From the NCBI GenBank assembly GCA_030603385.1, contig JAUVXW010000042.1, forward strand, positions 1-34,681: a stretch of DNA of 34,681 nt. The letters run 5' to 3'. The position numbers were made by a program, and so were the translations under genes. The DNA comes from Promethearchaeota archaeon. GTDB lineage: Archaea > Asgardarchaeota > Lokiarchaeia > Sigyniarchaeales > SOKP01. The notes under the pieces are model-generated. The model had not been told where the DNA came from. It saw only the letters and a program-made list of their open reading frames with translations, and searched no databases. Below, piece after piece: positions 28,687 through 34,681 of the stretch (position 1 is its first letter; each line of letters opens with the position of its first letter).

Positions 28687-30408
28687 ATGAGAAGAAACTA
28701 TATTATTTTGTTTAGTTTTATTTGCTTTTTAATTATATTATCATTTCTACCTATTGGTCTTAGTTTTAAAACATCTTCTACATCTTCTGCTCTCGCAACC
28801 AAAGATAGTTATGTTGATTCTTATAGCGGAAAAAAAGAAATAGTAAACGAGGATAAATTGATACTTGTATACGAAACATCTGCGAGCGATTATGAATATA
28901 AATGGATTAAAACATGGGGAGGTATATATAACGATGCTACTGATTATGATAATGCAATGGCTATTGATTCTTTTAATAACATATACCTTGTAGGTCGGAT
29001 AGATACCACTGGTACTTCAAATTATAATATTGCGCTTATTAAGTGTGATTCTCAGGGAGTTGAACAATGGGTAAAAATTTGGGATGGTGGAGCTTCGGAC
29101 GAGGGTAATTCGATTTTGATTGATAATACAAATGAGATTTATGTTGTGGGAATGACGACTAGCTATGCTGATCCTGATGGGGATATGGTTATAATTAAAT
29201 ACGATAGTGATGGAAATCAGCAATGGAATTTTACTTGGGGGGGAACTGAGCTTGATAAGGCTCGAGCAATAGTAAAAGATTCGTTTAATAATTACTATAT
29301 TGCAGGTGAAACAAGGAGTTTTGCTGATGTTGATGGGGATGCGATATTAGTCAAGTTTGATAGTAATTGGATTGAGCAATGGAACGTTACATGGGGAGGA
29401 AGCGATGCAGATTTTGCTACTAGTATGGAAATTGATTCAAATGGACATATATGCATTGTAGGTTGGTCATATAGTGCTGATCCTTCACCTGGGGAATCGG
29501 ATGTCATGGTTTTAAAATATGATGCTTCAGGAACCCTTATCTGGGACGAGGATTGGGGTGTTAGCTGGACTCAAAGAGGTAATGCAATTGCTATAGACTC
29601 TAATAATAATATATATTTCGTGGGTCACACTTTTGGGAATCCCGCTTCAAGCATGAAGGGTCATTTAGTTAAGTATGATACTAATGGTAATTATCAATGG
29701 GAACGGATATGGGGTGTTGACGGAGTAATCGGTAATTCATGGTGGGGACTTACAATTGATTCTAATGATGAAATCTTTATTAGTGGTTATACATCAACTC
29801 ACGGACCCTACACCGGTGAAGGAGACGTAATACTGCTTAGTTACGACGCATCAGGAAATCAAAATTGGTATAAGACGTGGGGAATGCCAGATACTGAACT
29901 TGCCTCATGTATTAATTTGGATTCCAAGAATAACTTATATTTAGCAGGGTGGACGGAAAGTTTAGGAGCTGGGGGATATGACATTTTTCTTATGAAATAT
30001 TTAAATACTTTAGGACCAGATATAATTGCCCCCATAGTTACAATCAACGAACCTGAATTCGGAGAAGTATTTGTAGATATTTCTCCACTTTATAGTATTA
30101 CTATAGATGAAACTTCCCTAGATTCATTCTGGTATTCGTTAGATGATGGTCAAACTAATTATACTATTTCGGAATTAACGGGAGCAATAGATCAGAATGC
30201 TTGGGATAGTCTCTCAGATGGACATATAACTCTAAGATTCTATGCGAAAGATGAAGCCGGTAATGTTGGCCAAAGTTTAATAACAATAACAAAAAGAACA
30301 ACCCCAAGAACAAGCCCTCCCGGCATCCCCGGTTATGATTTAATCGCTCTTATTGGTGTAGCTTTTGTATTTACTATAATCATAATCAAGAGGAAATCTA
30401 AGAAGTAA
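28687..30408 (+). CDS. Cell-surface SBBP beta-propeller protein with Ig-like segment and Loki-CTERM-like anchor
   Basis: Signal peptide; about 7 repeats W..TWGG...D.....IDS.NNIY..G; WYSLD.G...FYA.D.AGN; PPGIPGYDLIALIG..TM..KRKSKK. Confidence 0.88.
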   Translation: MRRNYIILFSFICFLIILSFLPIGLSFKTSSTSSALATKDSYVDSYSGKKEIVNEDKLILVYETSASDYEYKWIKTWGGIYNDATDYDNAMAIDSFNNIYLVGRIDTTGTSNYNIALIKCDSQGVEQWVKIWDGGASDEGNSILIDNTNEIYVVGMTTSYADPDGDMVIIKYDSDGNQQWNFTWGGTELDKARAIVKDSFNNYYIAGETRSFADVDGDAILVKFDSNWIEQWNVTWGGSDADFATSMEIDSNGHICIVGWSYSADPSPGESDVMVLKYDASGTLIWDEDWGVSWTQRGNAIAIDSNNNIYFVGHTFGNPASSMKGHLVKYDTNGNYQWERIWGVDGVIGNSWWGLTIDSNDEIFISGYTSTHGPYTGEGDVILLSYDASGNQNWYKTWGMPDTELASCINLDSKNNLYLAGWTESLGAGGYDIFLMKYLNTLGPDIIAPIVTINEPEFGEVFVDISPLYSITIDETSLDSFWYSLDDGQTNYTISELTGAIDQNAWDSLSDGHITLRFYAKDEAGNVGQSLITITKRTTPRTSPPGIPGYDLIALIGVAFVFTIIIIKRKSKK

Positions 30409-30414
30409 ATACAC

Positions 30415-30423
30415 TTTTTTTTT
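30415..30423 (+). terminator. Oligo-T terminator after SBBP gene
   Basis: T9 run a few bp after the stop at 30408. Confidence 0.5.
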
Positions 30424-30471
30424 AAATTTTTGATTTTAAATACATTTTGCTAAACTTAAATGAATAAAAAG

Positions 30472-30619
30472 ATATAGAATTTAATATCATTCTTTCTTAC
30501 TTATTAAACGATGAAAGAGTTAACTGATACAGAAATCCAATGGTTAGAGGCATTTACCAAAAACCATGAATTTCTCGCATCCCTCCTGCTCCATTACAAA
30601 TTAAAACATATTTTATCGA
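30472..30619 (+). repeat. MKELTD repeat copy R4 (ORF 30511..30633, 40 codons)
   Basis: MKELTDTEIQWLEAFTKNHEFLASLLLHYKLKHILSTIRW*; abuts the stop codon of ORF 30623..31132. Confidence 0.88.
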
Positions 30620-30622
30620 CTA

Positions 30623-31132
30623 TTAGATGGTAACATATTCTTTTGGAAATATATTATAGATCTGTTCAGCGGGCACCTTATTACCAGTAAAATACAAAAA
30701 CCAACCAAATTCTCCTTCATCAGATGTCATACCATAAGCATACAACTCGAATTCATGTGATTTATGCATAGTGCCTACAAAACCGAGCAGTAACTCAAGT
30801 ATAGTAAACCAAAGGTTTTGCCCCTCTTCATCCTGTTTATCAACCGAATCTTCTATCCTACGTTCATAGCCGTATAGCGTTGCCATGCAACTCCTTCCAT
30901 CATTACTCTTAAAGAAGTTTACAGAAGGTTCCATAACGTTAACTAAAGATGGGAAATACTGTTGATGTTTTTCCATGGAATTTTTCGTAATAGGCAGGTA
31001 AAAATCTCGTACTTCCTCCTCCACCTCAGCTCTGTTAATATCTATAAAAATAAGCGAGTAAAAATATTGTTTCTTAAATCCTGACATTTCTTTGGATTTT
31101 ACTTCCTTTTTCTTAAAATTATATAAAAACAA
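30623..31132 (-). CDS. Hypothetical protein (start may be ATG 31087)
   Basis: Long ORF immediately after the HAD gene; the duplicate copy conserves the frame. Confidence 0.7.
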   Translation of the reverse strand: MFLYNFKKKEVKSKEMSGFKKQYFYSLIFIDINRAEVEEEVRDFYLPITKNSMEKHQQYFPSLVNVMEPSVNFFKSNDGRSCMATLYGYERRIEDSVDKQDEEGQNLWFTILELLLGFVGTMHKSHEFELYAYGMTSDEGEFGWFLYFTGNKVPAEQIYNIFPKEYVTI

Positions 31133-31136
31133 CTAA

Positions 31137-31667
31137 CTATTGAAGCAATTGATTCCAACTATTCTCATCCTCTATCAATTTGAAATGAATTTGAATATCC
31201 TGTTTATCTCCGAATTTCCTAATTTTCGAAAAGTAGTTGTTCATATCGTCGAAAATATTGAATGTAAAATTTTTTTTCAGAGAAATATTGAAATGTTTCT
31301 TATTGTTTGTACTTTTAATAATTGCTTTGATACTTTTTGCTTTCCAATTAAAATAATTACGGATTTTATGTGATTTTGCTTCAGGGTAATATTTTACATT
31401 AAATTTTTTGATGTTAACTAAGGGGTGTAATTGTTTATTTGTTAGTCTGCCAAATTCACTTTTTTTTCTACCGGTTATAAATAATATTGATTCTGCTTGG
31501 ACACAGTACCTTTTATAATATTTAACAAAATCAGGGAATAGCTTAATACCATTACCATTATGGACAGCATCTCCAACTATTTTTTCTCTAGTTTCATCGT
31601 TGGTAAAATCAGAAAAAATAGGGGGCATTACACAACCATCTATGTCAAAAATGTAAACTTCTCTCAT
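31137..31667 (-). CDS. HAD-superfamily phosphatase-like protein
   Basis: YIFDIDGC (motif I), FITGR (II), WK (III), IFDD (IV). Confidence 0.75.
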   Translation of the reverse strand: MREVYIFDIDGCVMPPIFSDFTNDETREKIVGDAVHNGNGIKLFPDFVKYYKRYCVQAESILFITGRKKSEFGRLTNKQLHPLVNIKKFNVKYYPEAKSHKIRNYFNWKAKSIKAIIKSTNNKKHFNISLKKNFTFNIFDDMNNYFSKIRKFGDKQDIQIHFKLIEDENSWNQLLQ

Positions 31668-31868
31668 TAATCCATCTACGATTTAATTAGTAGTATTAAA
31701 GTTTATTAATTACTATACAGTACGAGTATTTTAATTTAACAAAATCCGTACACTTATTTCAATCTTTTAATTTAAAATTATAAATGTAACCAATCCCATT
31801 TATCAAGGAGAAAATAAAGAGAGAACTTCTAAGATTCTAAGATATTATAAATATTATATCTGTCTAAT

Positions 31869-33386
31869 TTAAAATTCAATTGGTTGATTTTTATTCGGCA
31901 GAATTACTTGAATCTCAGATTTCTGGAATAACTTACCAAAAAATTTAGGATGCTCAGTATGAATTGGAATCAGAAATTTAGGCTTTATTTCTTCAATTAA
32001 GTTAATAATATCATGGGGTGTTGCGTGCCCTGATGCTTGTGCTCGATATGCAGGAATTCCATAAGGCTCTAACTTTCTACGAATTGATTGTGTATTATCA
32101 TAAAACTCTTCTGAATAGGGGTCGATACTTGAAGAAATAAATAAGCCTCTGCGACTAAAATCTAAATTCTCCATCAACCTATTGTTTAAGTGAGTTATAT
32201 AAACAACAAATTTCCCCCCCAGACCCCTAAGATCACGATAGTCAAGAAACCTGTCTGCTTTTCCCCTTTTATATATAATTTGCCTGATTTTTTCCTGCCA
32301 TTTATATCTTGTAGTTCCTCTTTTCAAGATGTAAATATGATCATCTTTAAGAATATTCGGCTCTCTCATAGTTTCATGGACCGCTTTTTTATTCAATAGA
32401 TAATAAAAATATGCATCCATTTCCGTTATAATGTATTTCCATCCATATTTTTTCGCCATAAGTGAAAACGTTCTAAACCTGTCCCAATCAATTCGATCAT
32501 ATTTTACTAAAATGAAATCGAAAGGATTGCTCGCGAATAATTTTTCTAAATTTTCCTCAACTTCCTGCTCTGATTCGACAATACCTTTGTGAATTTTAGT
32601 ACCATCGCATATTAAAACTTTAATCCCTTCTGAAATTAAATCCATTTGCTCTTTATTTGTTTCACCTTTCGTTAGGATCGTACTGTGTGTTTTGGTCTCA
32701 TTTAGAAATTCCTCTGTCATGCTCGATAAAGGACCATGCCTTCGAAAATCTCCCGTGTACACCACCGGGCCTGCAGAAGTATAGATAATGGACCCATAAG
32801 CCCCCGGAACTGAATGATCTACATGAAACGGGATTATTTTCATCCTCTTGAGGTGTAAAATATCTCCAGTGCGGAATGTTTGCCAATTTAAGCCATTAAA
32901 ATTATTCTCCATCGATGACTTAGAAGATTTACAATAAGCTCGAATAATCCTTTTAGTAACAACCCCCGTATAGATAGGTATATTTCGATTTATGAAAGAT
33001 AAGCCAAAATAATGATCCTTATGTGGATGTGATATAAAAATCCCATCTAAATTAGAGAGATAATGATTATCATTAATTTGATCATTATCACTACCATCAC
33101 TACTCCTTGATTTCACGTTTTGTTTAACAAATTTGAACTCTTTAATATATAAATTCTCAATTGGAATATGGTCTTCATCAGGAAGTAAATTGAGCCTTAC
33201 TAATTCTTCTATTGATGATGGATACTGATTACGCTTATATACATCTTTATATTTTTTAATTCTAATCCCAAAATCTAAGAACACTTTCACGTCGTATTCA
33301 AGATCTTCTAATAATACTATATTGCCCCCTACTTCATTCACACCCCCTAACAAGGTGAGTCTTACTGATTTTTCTGTCTTCCCCAT
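31869..33386 (-). CDS. MBL-fold beta-CASP nuclease, RNase J-like
   Basis: GGVNEVGGN, LDFG, SHPHKDH, VDHSVPG, YTGDFR, ASGHA, PIHTEH. Confidence 0.85.
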   Translation of the reverse strand: MGKTEKSVRLTLLGGVNEVGGNIVLLEDLEYDVKVFLDFGIRIKKYKDVYKRNQYPSSIEELVRLNLLPDEDHIPIENLYIKEFKFVKQNVKSRSSDGSDNDQINDNHYLSNLDGIFISHPHKDHYFGLSFINRNIPIYTGVVTKRIIRAYCKSSKSSMENNFNGLNWQTFRTGDILHLKRMKIIPFHVDHSVPGAYGSIIYTSAGPVVYTGDFRRHGPLSSMTEEFLNETKTHSTILTKGETNKEQMDLISEGIKVLICDGTKIHKGIVESEQEVEENLEKLFASNPFDFILVKYDRIDWDRFRTFSLMAKKYGWKYIITEMDAYFYYLLNKKAVHETMREPNILKDDHIYILKRGTTRYKWQEKIRQIIYKRGKADRFLDYRDLRGLGGKFVVYITHLNNRLMENLDFSRRGLFISSSIDPYSEEFYDNTQSIRRKLEPYGIPAYRAQASGHATPHDIINLIEEIKPKFLIPIHTEHPKFFGKLFQKSEIQVILPNKNQPIEF

Positions 33387-33490
33387 TTGGAATCATTCAA
33401 TGATAGGATGATGTTCAATATGTATATGTTTAATATTTGAATATTACAAGATTCTTGCAGATGGTCCGTAGATGTATTTGTCTTTTAATA

Positions 33491-34681
33491 TTAAATGAAA
33501 TATTTCTGCCCTTTTATTATGTTTGTCTCAGCATTTTCATACTTAAATAGTTCTGGCTTTTCAGTATGAATTGGAAAAATTTTCTTGGGCTTAATTTTAT
33601 TTATCATCTCTCTGATATGAATGCCCGGAGCATGACCAGACGCGTGATATTTCTCTCTTTCAAATTGTAAACTGAATTTCGATATCCAATTCATAAGAAC
33701 TTTCTCTTCAAGCTCTCCCTCCTCGTCAAAAGGCTCTGTCTTAAGATTGAAAAAATAACTATCTTTCGGTGGACAGATGTCAATTAACTCGTTAAGTTCG
33801 TAAAAATTAAGTTGCAACAAATAATCGCTCGGATTTTCTTTTATATCACATGCCTTAACTAATATTTCCTCGCCATATTCCGTGGAATAAAAAACATCCG
33901 AAGGTGGTCTTGTCCATTCAACATCATAGGATACATGATATTTAGTCTTAGTATAATCATCATCAGAATAAATCATATTGTTTTTACGAGGTAAGTATAT
34001 CTTCACATTGTCTTCTTTTAAAATTCCTTTTATCATTAACGAATCAAAATTTTGTAAATTGTGAATTGTATACGCCAACTTCGGTTGAATTACTAAAACT
34101 CGGTTTAAATCCTTGGTAAGTTGATAGACGGTAAGAAAGCGCGAAATAGACTTCCACGGAAAAGATGCTATTATCAATTTCTTTGATAGGTTTTTATCTT
34201 TCTCCAATGAAGCAATAATATTGTGATAAACATCACTTTCACTGACTTCTGTATCATCATCAATTCTGGTCCCTTCTGTTATTAAAATGTCTGGATTAGA
34301 ACCAACTTTGTTTAAAAAATCTTCGGAATTTTTCTTCTCATGGTCATGTCCATGAAACCTTATATCGCCGGTATATATTATCGTCTTTCCACTCTTTGTT
34401 GTGACTTTAAACGCCATCGCACCAGGGACCGAATGATCGACCGGGTAAACCTCTATTTTGAAGATGCCTTTTCCTTCCGGAATTTCTATAGGCTCATTTG
34501 GAGCGATTATTTCTAATAATCTTTTCTTTTTGCTTTTCTTTTTATATATAGAACCCGGAAAAAAGCTCCTATCACTTCTTTCTCCCTTCTCACGATAACT
34601 ATAATTTAAAAAATCATAATCCGAAAGGTCGCAAATGATTTCTAATAGTCGTTTTGTAATTTCAGAACAATAAATAGGAAT
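33491..34681 (-). CDS. MBL-fold beta-CASP nuclease, RNase J-like, 5' part outside window
   Basis: Frame is open from the window end (IPIYCSEITKRLL...VDHSVPGAMAF); YTGDIRFHG, ITEGT, HASGHA, PIHTE. The track start 34417 is an internal Met. Confidence 0.85.
   Translation of the reverse strand: MPIYCSEITKRLLEIICDLSDYDFLNYSYREKGERSDRSFFPGSIYKKKSKKKRLLEIIAPNEPIEIPEGKGIFKIEVYPVDHSVPGAMAFKVTTKSGKTIIYTGDIRFHGHDHEKKNSEDFLNKVGSNPDILITEGTRIDDDTEVSESDVYHNIIASLEKDKNLSKKLIIASFPWKSISRFLTVYQLTKDLNRVLVIQPKLAYTIHNLQNFDSLMIKGILKEDNVKIYLPRKNNMIYSDDDYTKTKYHVSYDVEWTRPPSDVFYSTEYGEEILVKACDIKENPSDYLLQLNFYELNELIDICPPKDSYFFNLKTEPFDEEGELEEKVLMNWISKFSLQFEREKYHASGHAPGIHIREMINKIKPKKIFPIHTEKPELFKYENAETNIIKGQKYFI

Noticed and set aside
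19884-30619. MKELTD repeats as CRISPR or MITE
   Set aside because: Irregular kb-scale spacing, variable length, no terminal inverted repeats, and protein-coding-type divergence
4085-32886. Short ORF-track entries overlapping longer genes (e.g. 4085, 4587, 4894, 5082, 6381, 9471, 10425, 11063, 11471, 11959, 12787, 14515, 14633, 19589, 26709, 27203, 27213, 29017, 29295, 29859, 31140, 32190, 32698)
   Set aside because: Antisense or alternate-frame shadows of well-supported genes with no motifs

Overview
AT-rich archaeal chromosomal segment, very probably from an Asgard archaeon of the Lokiarchaeia (Promethearchaeota) type. This is inferred from four Rab-like small GTPase genes, a Roadblock/LC7 gene, a Loki-CTERM-like sorting signal and oligo-T terminators. 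No rRNA, tRNA, CRISPR array or intact integrase/transposase was seen. Main points: (1) three paralogous copies of an uncharacterised ~160-aa 'FxQC...SIDEAA...EFWGHCSN...KEEIALRLxSGYPSVV' domain, each followed by a Zn ribbon. Two copies are fused behind motif-degenerate Rab-like GTPases; the third is the predicted cytoplasmic part of a receptor-like protein (extracellular DNRLRE/CBM96-like domain) encoded right after a Roadblock gene, so together they are a candidate signalling system. (2) A SAM methyltransferase plus fused HgcAB-like corrinoid/ferredoxin operon with an atypical NVWCGAC cap helix. (3) A 10-31 kb accessory hotspot with six toxin-antitoxin pairs, pseudogenes and duplication scars: four copies of the 5' end of one gene and a 385-bp copy of the 3' end of another. 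(4) A secreted M28-peptidase/alpha-beta-hydrolase fusion. (5) Tandem RNase J-like beta-CASP genes followed by a HAD gene. All function calls come from motif recognition only; no searches were run.
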